NCBI RefSeq assembly: GCF_009914755.1
Contig: NC_060944.1
Strand: one strand, 5' to 3'
Length of the DNA: 64,000 nucleotides
Origin: the human T2T-CHM13v2.0 reference genome, Homo sapiens
Position 1 is the first letter of the stretch; the number at the start of each line of letters is the position of its first letter. The notes beneath the pieces were generated by a model. It worked only from the letters and a program-made list of their open reading frames with translations. It searched no databases and had not been told where the DNA came from. The position numbers and the translations under genes were made by a program. Positions 52,200 to 64,000 of this stretch are shown piece by piece.

Positions 52200-55100
52200 G
52201 TGGTCCTAACTCAATTCCCCTCCTGCAGGGGTGCAGGCAGCTGAGATCATGTGCAAAACCAAACAAGGAGGAACTGCTGCATTTACCCCATGGGAACCAA
52301 GGAATATAAATGGAGGGATATGAGCAATAACAATACTGCTTTATGTATGGGGTGTCCTATGTGCCAGGCATTGTGCTCAGCACCATACATGCTCATGCAC
52401 ATTTGATCTTCACAACCCAATGAGACAGGTATTACATTTTCCTCCATTTCACAGAGGAAGAAACTAAGGCTCAGAGAGGTAAAGTAACTTGCCAGCAAGT
52501 CACAAACTCAGGCTGGTTGGACTCCAATGCCTACGCGCTTAATCATCTATTTATATTATGCACAGGAAAGAGCTGGTAACAAGTGGATGGCTGAAGGCTT
52601 GTGGGTCTGACGACAAAGCAAGAAGTTCCCAGCCTAATCCCAATGTGACAGCAGGAAGGAGCCTGCTGATGGGGCATGGAGGGAAATGTGGGGGAAGAAG
52701 GGAATTCCTCCAGGTTGCTGTACCTCATGTGTTTGAAATCAGACCCACATATTCGGAAAGGTGTGTGCCCATTGTAAGAGAGCTGAGCTAAGGAGTGAGT
52801 AGTGAATATATCCTTAACCCCCAGATGGGCCACCTTTGGAGTAATTAAAGAAAGGGATCCTTTTCTGGGGGTAAGCAGCCCCATAGGCCCATGGCTGGTA
52901 AGTATATGAAGCCTTTTTGCAAATTAGAGAAAGATGCCCCCTCCTCCAGGCAGGCACAGCCTGTCTTTGGGGCACCTGACTTGGAGAGTGGAGCTTAAAA
53001 TAGATTTCAGTCCCCGCTCTCCTCCTGCATTAAATGCCCTTGGACAGTCAACAACCTGCCCAACTGCATATAACAGCCATGCCTCCAGCCTTCCTGTCCT
53101 GCACCTCTGTTTCCAAGCAGCCACTGTGTATCATCAACAATGAGAAAACGTCCCTCCTGCCAGATACACAGAGCTCAAATCACTCCACAGACAACTTTCT
53201 TGTTAGGCCTTGTCTCCTCCATGGGCGGAAAGACAGTCCTATCATGCCCACTGCCCTGATGAAAAGTTGAGGTCAGAGCCTGTCCTCGTGGTGAAATATC
53301 TAGGCTTTCTCTAGAGAGGCCAGAATCAAAACACAAGGTTGTAGGAAGGAGAGGCCTGAGTTGAGAGCTCCATCTTAAAGGTGCTTTGAGGAACCCGGGG
53401 TGGAGGGTGTGCCCACTCTTGCGGGGGGCATGAGGCTTTTCTCTCTGAGCCTGACCTGAGGCCTGGGTTTCCTCTCAGCCTGTTTCCCCACCTGGTCCCC
53501 AGCCCCTAGCACCCTTCCTGGCTCAGCTATGGGGAGGAATGAGGAAGTCCTTGGCCCCGGGGCCTCAGCCCAGACACCACCGTAGGGTCTTCTATTCCCT
53601 CACTCCCTCCCAGGCCATGCAGTGCCAGCTGCTACCCGTGTTATATAAACAGAAATCATTCACTCTCTCTCACTCTACCTGAGGCTGCATTTCAGATTGG
53701 AGCTTCCTGATGGAAGAAAAAGGGGAGGGGGAAGAACAGAGAGAGAGAGGAGAGGAAGTTTAATTGGCTGACTCTTATCGCCCATGTGGTAAATAAACTG
53801 GCTGCTCCGAACTTTGCCAACTCGGGAGGAGACGGGCCCTCCTGGGCTCCCTGCCTTAGCTATGGCCCGGCCCCCTGTCAGACAACTTCAGAATGCAGCG
53901 CTCCTGCAAAGCTCTCAGAAAGACCAGTGCCTGGGGAAGCAGCAGGGGCTTTGGGGGTTCCAACCTCTAGGTATGATTATTCCAGAGCACGACCAGAAAC
54001 ATCCAGAGATCACAGCCACCCTTTTGACAGAAAGGCTGTGACTCACCCGGAGGTCACAACACACTTTTAGGGGCCAAACTTTGTCCTCTGCTTCTGCTAC
54101 TCGGCGTCTCTGCTAAAGGCATTCAACAGCTTTCCTCCGGCACTGGCCTGGGAGCACTGGGGGTCTAACTTGAACACCTCATGCTGAATTTAGAGCAAGT
54201 GTCTTCTTGTCCTGCCTGCAGCGTGAAGCCAAGAAACGGCTCTGTTTTGCCCCAGGCCTACCCAACACATAAGCAGCGTTGGTGAGGCCTGGATGTCAAG
54301 ATGCCTGGGTTCCTATTCCGGCTCTGGGTATAGCTTACCATGTGACCTCGGGCTGCTGTTGCCAATCCTTGAAAATGGAAAAGAGGGCAGCCCAGGTGGT
54401 CTCCAATGTGCTGCTCACAGTTAGGAATAGGGAAAGGGGTTGTCTCCAGGGGTCCCCTGATGGGGCCACCCAAGAGGTACAGGTGCCCCTTAGCTGAGAG
54501 AGACCTGGCTGGCTTTATAAAGTACCTGCCCCCGAGGCACTGGCAGTGGTGGACCGGGAAGGGCACACAGACATCTCCAGGAAGCAGTGTTTAAATGTTG
54601 GCAATGCCCTTCCCTTCCAGGAGGAATGGAAGAGGAGTGTCCCAGACACTGGGACAAGGAGGGAAATAAGGGTGAAGTAGAGAAATGGCTGGGGCAGGGA
54701 ACAGTTGAGTGCTACAGAAAAACTGAGGCAGACAGGATAGAAGATGGGTCGGGGTTGGGGGGGACGAGGAAATGGTCATTGGTGGGCAAAGACCAAAGGA
54801 TGTCACTATGGGTGTAGAGGCCAAGTTTCAACAAGGGCTGTAGACTAGGGGCAACTGAGGGGGACGGAGTGGGCACTGATGGACACATATACGGGATACA
54901 AATGAAGGACAGAGAGTCGCGGTGGTTAGGGAGGAGCCTTTGGGCCCTAGGGCAGTGGTGATGCTGATATAGGGTATTGGCGCTGACCAGTGGGAGAAGA
55001 GGATGAGATCCTGAACCTGGGTGGAGAGGGAGAGAGAGCTGGCAACAGCCAAAGCCCTCAAATGAGCCGCTGCCTGTGCTGGGGGCACCTCGGCCAGCCC

Positions 55101-56283
55101 CAGAAACCTGGGGAGTGCTGGAATCAGCCCCACGGAAAAAGAAGCTGGCATGCGCAACCCTGGCGACGCCCGAAGGGTTTGGAGAGAAGAGGTTCCAAGG
55201 AGCGAGCACCTCGGAAGACCTGAGCAGCTTCAAACAGCAGCTTCTCTGCCCGCCACAAGGGGGTGCCCTGCACCTCGGGGAGACCTCGGGGGATCCTGGA
55301 TCAGCCCTACCCTCTGCAGCCCCGCCTGGGACAGGGCCCGACGTTGCCAGAGAAGAGGCAGCGGGGAGGCGCGAGCGAGACGGGTCCACACTGTGCCCAC
55401 CCAGGGCTGCCCGGCACCCCGCGCGCCCACGCAGTCCACTCTTCACAGTAAACGCCGCGGCCCCCGAGGGTTAGCCCTAAGTGGCGCTCTCTTTGGACGT
55501 TAGGCTGTCGGGGGCCCCGTCCTTCTTCCCCAGCGGGGACGGTGTCTCCGGAGTCGGGTCCTAAGGAAGAGAGCAGCGCTGGCCCTCGCCCACCGCCAGC
55601 CCGCCCGACGGCCATAGGGCAGGGGGGGTCGCGCCGGTGGGGCCGGCAGGGGTCCCTGTGGGCCGCCTCCCCGGCTCAGAGGGGACCAGAACCGTGCGTG
55701 TCGCCGCGGCTGGAGTCAGCCTCCGGGTGTCCCCGGACGCGGCACGACCTCGCACACACACACCGCGCGCACACGCTCGCGCCGTGCGGTATTTTCCCGG
55801 CCCCGGACCCCGCCTCTGGGAGGGGCCGGGGAGCCGAGCCCCGCTAGCAGGGTTGGGGGACCGGGAACGCCTGGGTCCCAGCCCTCGCGTCAGGGCTGTG
55901 CGCCACCTTCCCAGCCCCTTTTGGCGCGCCGGCTCGGCCCCTGGCGCTGCCACCCCTCGGCCCGCGGGGGTCCCGGAGGCTCCCGGGCGCGCGGCGGACG
56001 AGGTTGTGGGGACGGGTGGGAGCTGCGGGCTTCGGGCCGAGAGGCGGCTCGGCTCCGCGCCGGGGAAAGTTTGGACGTGGGAAACTCCCTCCCCGCCCTC
56101 CCGGCCGAGAGGAGGGGGCGCGCAGGGCCGGGCGCAGGCACCCCGGCTCCTCCTGCGGCTGGAGGCTCGCCCCCCGCGCCGCCTGCCCGGCCGCTCCCGC
56201 CGGCCAGGGGGCTCCCTCCCTGCCGGGCAGCCTCCCCTCGGCGGCGATCCGGCCGCTCCTCCCGCGGCACCCCGCGCTCTTAC

Positions 56284-56527
56284 CTCGGGGAGCGGCCCGG
56301 GGCTCCCCCTAGTCCTGCCGCCTCGGGACGCTGCGTGGGGCGGGAGCCCCGGCGCGGGCAGCGGGCGAGTCCGGAGCCCCGCGGCCGCCCGCAGGAGCCG
56401 GAGGGAGAGCGGGAGCGAGAGGGGGAGCCGCGGCGGCGTGTGCGCGCGTGTGTGTGAGCGAGAGAGCGAGAGAGCGAGAGAGCGAGGGAGTGAGCGAGCG
56501 AGCGGGAGCGAGGGAGTGTGCGTGTCT
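56284..56527 (-). other. CDH22: Non-coding first exon (5' UTR) of a minus-strand gene, probably cadherin-22
   Basis: Lies in a CpG island. + strand ctcttac|ctc at 56277-56286 gives minus-strand donor GAG|GTAAGAG. No ATG in the exon. Inr-like TCAGAC/CCAGTC at 56527-56531 places the TSS only approximately. The gene name rests on my recollection of CDH22 having a ~240-nt non-coding exon 1 and a ~56-57 kb intron 1; confirm by BLAT. Confidence 0.72.
56457..56516. repeat. (GAGCGAGA)n / (GAGC)n compound repeat within exon 1
   Basis: gagcgaga x3, then gagcgagg gagtgagc gagcgagc gggagcgagggagt. Confidence 0.85.
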
Positions 56528-58354
56528 GACTGGGGGGAAGTGTGCAAGGGACGGATCCCTTCCTTCCTCCCGCAGCCTCTGGTGGAGACTCGGAGAATGC
56601 AGGGCCCGCCGGGCAGGAGCGCCGCGCAGCGCCAAGCCGCAGGCGGCCGCCGGCCCGGACCCCCGCAGCCGGGGAACCCCGGCCCCCGCCCCCCGGATCG
56701 CGCCCCTCCTACACCAGGAGGGGACAGCCTTTCCCTCTCTCGGGCGGCCCAGTCCCAGGAAACCCCCCAGGGGACAGTGCCCCTCCCTCCTCCAACCCCA
56801 GATCCGCGCGAAGGGAGCGCCCCCAGGAGGGGGACCATCTACCTCCTCGCCTGGCAGCTCCCCAGGTGGCCGCAGTTTGAGACCAGAGCCTATTTCCCCA
56901 CCTGATTTTACTGCGAATAGGGCTTCCCATTTCCGCCCCCTGACTACTGCGGGAGGCCGCCTTCAGAGGAGCAGGGGCGCAGGCGAGGGTAGGAGCAGGC
57001 TTCTCGAACAGTGGCCGCCCCGGCTTGCTGCCCAGAAAGGCACCTTGCACAGACCAGATCTGCCAGTTCAGAAACAGTCACTGTGCATTGAGGTGGACAC
57101 CGACCAGGTGCCCAGGGCTGAGTCTCCAGGCAGGTGGGAGGTCGGGTGTCCCCGGGAGAGAAACTTGTGGGCTTTTCCTCTGGAGAGTCCCGCTGGACAT
57201 CCTTGCAACCAACAAAGTAAGCAGGCAAAACAAGACACCTCCATCCTTAACTTGGTGCCACCTTGACCTGGAGAAGTCTCCCAATAAAATCTTCCCACTG
57301 CCCAGAAACTCCTTGCTGGTTGGGTTTTCCGTTCTTTTAAAAATCCGGCTGGTCTGCTCCCTGATGTTTTTTCCACCTGGCCCTGTTTCTTTCTCCTGGC
57401 TGCCTGGCTCTCCTTACTACTTCATCTCTCTGGGATGAGGCCTAATGGAGGAGACCCTCCCACCCCACTCCTGAGTTCCCAATATGAGGTCGTTGATGGT
57501 AGGATAGGACCAGTGACTCCCACAGACCCACCCTTTGTCTTGGGTTGTAGGTCCCCTTAGGAGTTGCCCGCCCCCCTATTCCCCATGGCTTCCAGATAGG
57601 TGAGTGAAGGATAACAGGAGACTGGACAGCTGCAGACCTCTGTCCCCCCAAGCTGCCAATGACCAGCCATTTAATCACCCACAAGCAGCTGCTGAAGTTC
57701 ATGGCAAAGAGGGGGCAGGGCCCTCCAGGACCCCCAGCTCTACCTCGCCCCTATCCTTCTCTCCTCCTCGCCTCCTTCCCCAATTTCCATCTCCATCTCC
57801 ACACCCTAGTCCGTCTTGCTGATGATTGGAATCACCTCTCCTGCTGGCTGCCCCTCTGGCCCCTCCTACTAAACTCCATCATTCATTTATTTATTTTGAG
57901 ATGTATTCTCCACTGTGCCAGTCTGTTCCCTCCCCTACGTCCTTCTCTTGGTTTATTTCCCTTCATTGATCTCTTCCAGCCTTGCCTTTCTATCGCCTTC
58001 CTTTTCTCCATCTCTCTCTTCCCCTCTCCTCTCTATTCTTAGCCTCCACTCTTTCATGCTTTCAGAGACCAGAGGCCAGCCTTCCAGGTGCATCTCTTCA
58101 CTTTTGGTTCTCTCCTCCCGCTCTGACTCACCTTTGCTGTTTGCTCCAGTTCCCATTCCTTCTTTGCCTCTTCCTCCAGGCTCTGGTGTGTGCTGTTCAT
58201 CTCTGGAGTCAGACCTACTTAGTTGTCCACAGGTTGTTTTGGCCTGGGACACTGTTGCTGTCACATCTGCATGCACACAGTAGGTGCTCAATAAATGTTA
58301 TTGAATGAACTGTTGTCACATCTTTCTCTTTTGCTCTGGTCTCTCTCTTCTCTC

Positions 58355-58488
58355 TCTTTTATTTTTATTTTTTTTTTGAGATGGGGGTCTCACTATGTTG
58401 TCCAGGCTGGATTCCTGGACTCAGGTGATCATTCTGCCTCAGCCTCTCAAGTAACTGGGACACCAGGCATGTGCTGCTGCACCCAACT
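58355..58488 (-). mobile_element. Alu monomer (FLAM/FAM-like)
   Basis: T tail then gagatgggggtctcactatgttgtccaggctgg...gcctcagcctctcaagta. Confidence 0.8.
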
Positions 58489-59548
58489 CCCCATGACTCT
58501 TTATTAGACCCTCAGGTTTTCCTATCCCAATGTTTCCTATTTTCAGGCTCATTCTACCGTTATTTCCAATTCTTCCTTCCTTCAACAAACTTTCTCTGAG
58601 TGTCCACTCTGTTGTGAGCACTATGGCTAGGCTCTGAGAACACATTGAATGTTTATTGAGCACTTGCTGTGTGCCATAGTTCTGCTTTTAAGTCCTCACA
58701 ATAATCAGATACTAGTATTAGCCCATTTTACAAATGAGGAAACTGAGACACGGTGTTGAAATAGCAAGATCATTCAGACGGCAAGTAGAGAGATCAGGTT
58801 GACGCATTGGGCCTGGGTCAGACCTCTCACTCTGGTCTGGGAGAAGGTAAGCTGGGACTCCTGCTGCAGTGTGGCAGGGGCAGCAAGAGGCAGTGTAGTG
58901 TGACAGAGGAAGAACTGGGCAGGCCTGGGCTCTGAGAGCAGTTCTGCCCCATGCAGACTGTGTGACACATGGGCAAGCCACTTCCCCCAGCATTGATGTG
59001 AAGAGAAAATGAGATGATAGTAACAACAGTTAACATTTAGTGAACCTGTGCCATGTGTCAAGCCTTCTCCTAAATGTTTTACACAGATAATTTCCTTTTA
59101 CTTTCAACAAATTTATAAATTCATAATGGGGAAACTGAGGCACAGTGCAACTATGAAACGTGCCCAAGGTCACACAATTAGTTTATGGCAGAGCTGGGAT
59201 TCAAACCAAGGCAGGCTGGGGCCAAAGCCTGCACACTGAACTGTTGTGCAATATTGCCTCTGGGCAAATAAAATGCCAAGTGCTTTGTAGTTAGAGTTTG
59301 AACGTGTGCTTTTTTATATCGTGTGGTGAGTCTACAAATAAGGGAGACACCACTCCTCCAGGGATTGGGTAGGATGAGGAAGGACTTGGGGAGAGAGGCA
59401 TGGCTAGGGAAGGATTCCAAGAGGAGGCGCTTGTGAGAATTCTCCTTCCCACTCCATCAGAAGGGCACACAGCCCTGTCTTGGCACAGGGGACATGTTTT
59501 CCCCTGGAGTAGTCATCTGGGTCCATGGGCATTTCTCTCTCTCTAGCC

Positions 59549-59760
59549 CAGGGTCACTCCACTTTGGCCCTATTGACATTTGGGCCAGATAATTCTTCGT
59601 CATTGGGCATGTCCCATGTAGGATGCTTAGTAGCATCCCCAGCTTCTACCCACTAGATGCCAGCAGCACACCCCCTCCCCAGTTGTGACAACTAAAAATG
59701 TGTCCTGACATTGCCAAATGTCTCCTGAAGGGCAAAGTCACCCCCAGTTGAGAGCCACTG
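59549..59760 (-). mobile_element. MER20 with 8-bp TSD
   Basis: TSD ctctagcc (59541-59548) / ctctagtc (59761-59768), typical hAT-Charlie target. Confidence 0.92.
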
Positions 59761-59828
59761 CTCTAGTCTGAACGCCCTAACAGCAGGGTCTGCTCCAGGG
59801 AGCCTGCAGGTTTGAGCAGGGGTCAGTG

Positions 59829-59832
<4 letters not shown>

Positions 59833-59875
<43 letters not shown>
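59833..59875. repeat. (GT)~21 microsatellite
   Basis: Direct reading. Confidence 0.95.
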
Positions 59876-59877
<2 letters not shown>

Positions 59878-59929
59878 TGCATACACGCGTGTGTGTTGGG
59901 GATGGGGAGGCTGCTCTTAGCTTCAGGCT

Positions 59930-60525
59930 CTGCTATTCTCCCTGGCTCTTTTCCTCTTCTTCTCTACACTTCTCTGTCATCCCTTTATCTGTCTGTCGCC
60001 TTCTCATGCACTGTCCATCTGTCCTCGCTTCTCTGACTGCCTCCACTCCTGTCTCTGTCTCCTCCCCCTCAGTGTCTCTGGTCTCTCTGACTGTTTCTGA
60101 ATGGGTGTCAGTCTCTTGCTACCTGCCCCTACATCTTCTCTAGCACCCTTCTCCCCTCCCCCCATCTGCTTATCTCCTAGCTGTGTCCCTGCGTCTGTCG
60201 TTCTCTTTCCGTTTCCCCCTCCCTCTGTCCTGTTCTCTCTGCCTCCATGTCTGTCTCCCTCTCTCTGTTTCTCTGTCTCTTCCCATCTCTGTTTCTTCGG
60301 GGCACCCAGTCTCCCTCTGTCTCCCTCTTGCCTGTCCTATTCTGGTTCTCTCTGTCCTCATCCCGCACTCTCAGTGCCCCGTTTCCCTTTCTCTCTTCTC
60401 CCCACACTTCCTTCTCCTCTTCCTCCTTCCCTCCTTCCTTCCCACTCCCCTCCTCCCGCTCCCTTCCTCTACTCTCCCCACTCTGTGCTTCCCCTCCCTT
60501 CCCTCCCTTCCTCCCCCTCCTCCCG
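59930..60525. repeat. CT-rich low-complexity (polypyrimidine) tract
   Basis: About 600 bp dominated by C/T on the + strand. Confidence 0.9.
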
Positions 60526-60539
60526 CTTTGTCTGTGGGA

Positions 60540-61020
60540 GCTGGAAGTTAAAAGCTTTTCCGAACTTGTTCTCCAGTCGCTGTTCCCGGCGCCTTTCATC
60601 TCGCCAGCACATTTGTAAAACTGCGCAGACTGAAGGGCCGTGACATGAACAACCAAAGAAATGTCAGCGCGGGGACGGGGCCGCCAGCCCGCCGGGGGGC
60701 GTAGGGAGCAGCCGGGGCACACCCTAGCCCCTCCCCAGAGGGACCCGGGACCCGAACGAGGGCGCCCCACCTGGGACTCCGGGCGCTCTGCACCTCTGCG
60801 AGCCCGCTTTCTCCGCCGGGGCCGACGGGACCGCAGGGAGCGGGAGGTGACTACTTGGGGAGGGGGCTCCATGGGAAGGGAACTTCGAGGGGACGGGGAG
60901 GCCGCCCTTGGCTGGGGGCGCCAGGACGGGGAGGGGCGAGCCTGCGGGAGCCACAGGCGCCGAGGCCGCTGCGCCCTTAAGCACCTCCACCTCATGGCGT
61001 TAATCCTCGCAGACCCCGCA
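60540..61020. promoter_or_regulatory. Second small CpG island ~4 kb upstream of the TSS
   Basis: GC-rich and CpG-dense over ~480 bp (gggccgccagcccgccggggggcg etc.). Confidence 0.75.
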
Positions 61021-61655
61021 GCCAGACTGCCTGGGTTCAAATCCCATCACCGCCACTTGCCAGCTGTGTCACCCTGGGCAAGTGACTTCACCTCTCCACA
61101 TCTCAATTTCCTTATAGTAAAATAGAGATGGTGAAGATTGGATGAGCAAATCCTTGTAAGGCACTTAGAATAAGTGTTTGCTGTAATTAATAAGAAGAAT
61201 AGCAGCAACAACTCACAAAACAGGGTTATCGTCCCCATGCTACCGCTGGGGAAACCAAGGTTTAAGGGGAGAAAGTGACTTGCTGGACGACTCAGACCAA
61301 GTCAGGGGACGAACAGGAATTTAAGGCCAGCTCCTTCCTCTCCTTTCCCCTCTTTTTCCTCAAGGAAGTGGGTGCAGGGATGGAACACAAGTTCTAGGAG
61401 CTTAAGAACTGAGTCTGTTTTGTTCACTGCACTATCCTCCGAATGCAGCATATAGTAGATGCTCAATAAATACTTGTTAAAGGTATGCATGAATGAATGA
61501 ATGCAAATGCTGGAAAGGTGCCAAGGTTAGAAAATGGAAAGGCTACTTTGTCTGTGGTGGGCTGGGGTGGGGCCAGGTGGGAAAAACAGGAGCCCAGCAC
61601 CTGCCAAGTTCCAAGCCTTGGGAACTTGGCACTCCATCCAGGGCCTAAGCACAAC

Positions 61656-61676
61656 GGCAGCACTATGGACAGTGGC
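61656..61676 (+). promoter_or_regulatory. RE1/NRSE-like (REST) site
   Basis: GGCAGCACTATGGACAGTGGC versus consensus TTCAGCACCACGGACAGCGCC; CAGCAC and GGACAG cores intact with canonical spacing. Confidence 0.5.
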
Positions 61677-62756
61677 TATGGCCCAGGCCAGGATCCAGCT
61701 TTACACCGGAAGCTCTCCCGCAGCCTGGTGGGCCCGCCCTGCTTCTGGGCATGACATCTCAGCCCACATCCCAGCTCCCTAACCCCGCTCCTGTAACCTC
61801 TGTCTGGGGCTAGGTCCCAACCTTCTGTCTCCTACACACACTCTGTCTCTTCTCTCTCTCTCTCTTTGGACCCAGATCCAAAGCCAGTGGGAAAGACGCG
61901 CCTCCCTCCTTTCCCTCTCCCTACCTGTCAGCCCTAGACAGCTTCTGCAGCCCTGAGGCCTGACACTGCAGGTGGCTGCGTGGAGATGGGAATAAGAGTC
62001 CCCTGAGCTTCCCTGAAAGTCCCTAAAGACACAGCAGAGTACAGCAGAAACTGAGCACTTGGACCTTCCCTCTTGAGCCCCCTTCCCTGGGGTGGTGGGG
62101 TGAGACAGCCCTACCACACTCCCCACACACACTTCAAACACCGACTCTCCCTGAATTATTCACCTGCCTCTCCCCAGGGCTGCTGCAGAGCGCCCAGCCC
62201 AGGTGCTGAGGAGGAAAAAAGCAGAAAGGCCCATTAAATTTAAACACCGCTGAGGATTGTCAGATGTGAGGTTCTATTCCTGGCCTAGAGAAGAGCCGCC
62301 AGTGGGAAGGGAAAGGGGATCTGCAAGGGGATGAGGACGAGGGACCCACCCCGGGCCGAGTGACCTGCTGAGCACCAGGAGGGCTGGGGCCAACATGCCA
62401 GGGAACCCGGACCTTCCTTCACCTGAAGGTTCTCACCCATGAGGAAGTGGACTTTGCCGTACCATTTCATTCATGTTGTTCTGGCAAGAGAGGAGGACCC
62501 ATCTAAGAATAGCTTCTCTGCAGCTACCTGAAAGCCCACCATTATGGCTTCAGCATGAGGAACAGGGCATTGCCTCTCCAGCTTCCTCTCCAGCTGTTTC
62601 CTTCTTGCACCTTATATTCTGATAGTGCCAAACTCTTTTAGCTTTTATCCACTCTGAGCTTTTTTAATGTTGTCCCTGCCACCTGGAGCTCCCTCTCTTC
62701 CTTTGTTTTGCTGGAAAACTCCTATTTATCTTTTGAAATCCAGCTTAAGTATTAAT

Positions 62757-62770
62757 CCAGCAGGTGGCAT
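62757..62770 (+). promoter_or_regulatory. CTCF core-like motif
   Basis: CCAGCAGGTGGCAT matches CCASYAGRKGGCRS at 13 of 14 positions. Confidence 0.4.
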
Positions 62771-63399
62771 GAAGCTGTCCCACCTCTGCACTCCACTGGA
62801 CCTGGAACACATGTCCCTGTTTTCTTCCCTCCTCCTGCCCCTCATGGGTAGCACAGCCCTTGACTCTCATGCCTGATGGGGCCATCACAGATGACGACTT
62901 CTTAGGAACAGGCAGTTGGATGCCACGGAGAAAGTGCTAGGTATCCTGAGAAGCCTAAGATCTTCCGGCTGTGGCTCCGACCTCAACTCTCTCTGTGTTT
63001 TGGGCAGGTCTCTAGTTCTTTCTTTTCTTGGCCTGGGTTTTCTATTGCATAAAATAAAGGAGGAGAGGTGGGGGAAGATTTCATGATGACCAAGAGCCCT
63101 TCCGGGGTCCAGGATTCTCTGCTCCACACGTAATTTTCCAAGCCCTGTCTTGCGTCTTCCCTGTGTGGATGCTGCCTGGCCTTTCTCTTGTTGACACCTG
63201 AAGCAGTGATGTGCTGGAACTGGTTTGTGCTGGCTTATCAAAGCCAGTTGTTAGAGTCTTTTTCCAGGAATTTTGCAAGCCAGGTTGGCAAGCCCTTGAA
63301 ATTGGCCAGGTTGAGAATATTTACACCACAAAAAAGAAATGATAAACAATACAAATCAGGGCTTGCTCCCTGCTTCCCCCAGAGCCAGCTCACCTCTGC

Positions 63400-64000
63400 C
63401 TGAAGGTCTCATTCCTACCTCCAGGCCTTCCACCTCCAGGCCTTTGCCCATGTGGTCTCTGGCTGAGCAGCCTCTGCTCCATCCCTTGCTGTCTGTTCTC
63501 TCTCACCAAGGCTTCAGACTTCAACTCATACCTCACCCACTCAGAGCTGAGTGCTTCTTCCTTCACCCGATAGTGCTCCTTACTGCCAGGAATGCTCATT
63601 TTTCGTGGAGAAAAATACACACTTTGGAGCAGACAGATCCAAGTGGAAATCCCGGTCCTGCTCTGTGCTCGCAAGGTTGTCTCCTTCTTGTCAGTGGCGC
63701 TCCTGCTCAGCTGTTACCTGTTTACAGAGAACATCCCTGACCACCCCACGGCAAATGGCACTTCACCCCTATTCCATCTTGCTGTGACATCACCCAATCT
63801 TTTCACCCTGCTTTAACTTCTGAGCTGTTACCCCTTCCTAACATTTACATTTATTTATTAACTCACCCAATGCCCATTTCTCTCTCTAGGATGTGAGTTC
63901 TGGGAGGGCAGAGATCTTTTCTGTCCTGATTGCTGCTACATCCTCATCTCCTAGAACCTTGCCTGGCACATAGTAGGTACTCAATCATTTCAGTGACTAA
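63400..64000 (+). mobile_element. L2 3' fragments
   Basis: Ends cctagaaccttgcctggcacatagtaggtactcaat. Confidence 0.7.

Larger units (their letters stand above)
55130..57160. promoter_or_regulatory. Promoter CpG island
   Basis: Very high GC with dense CpG and CGCG, GC boxes (e.g. GGGGCGGG 56337-56344), sharp contrast with CpG-depleted flanks. Confidence 0.95.

Noticed and set aside
55561-56905. Two overlapping >420-aa ORFs on opposite strands
   Set aside because: Stop-poor CpG-island DNA; low-complexity Gly/Arg/Pro/Ala translation, no domain, and the minus ORF runs through the splice donor.
60101-61125. ORFs of 120-287 aa
   Set aside because: Products of the CT-rich tract and CpG island composition.

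Overview
Human/primate genomic DNA: Alu, L2, MIR, old L1M, MER20 and ERVL-LTR relics, with no protein-coding exon I can support. The main feature is a ~2 kb CpG island (55.1-57.2 kb) holding an ATG-free first exon on the minus strand (~56527 to 56284, donor GAG|GTAAGA). Positions 1-56283 then read as one >56 kb first intron. From memory, unverified, this layout fits CDH22 (cadherin-22, 20q13.12), with the coding exon 2 just outside the left edge. Upstream of the gene are a second small CpG island behind a ~600 bp polypyrimidine tract, an RE1/REST-like site and a CTCF-like site. The ORF track is noise from repeats and GC-rich DNA; only an L1 ORF2 C-terminal relic is recognisable. I see no convincing novel multi-gene system. 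The best leads are small structural oddities: a tail-to-tail L2 hairpin built like mir-95, an 88-bp locally templated insertion, an Alu collapsed to ~60 bp inside its TSD, a ~30-bp poly(A) retro-insertion of unknown RNA, a cryptic donor next to a UG/UGCAUG array, an antisense exon-like unit, a decayed ~19-bp G-rich minisatellite, five MER20 copies in 26 kb, and several motif-dense repeat-free islands. Repeat boundaries and subfamilies were read by eye and are approximate.
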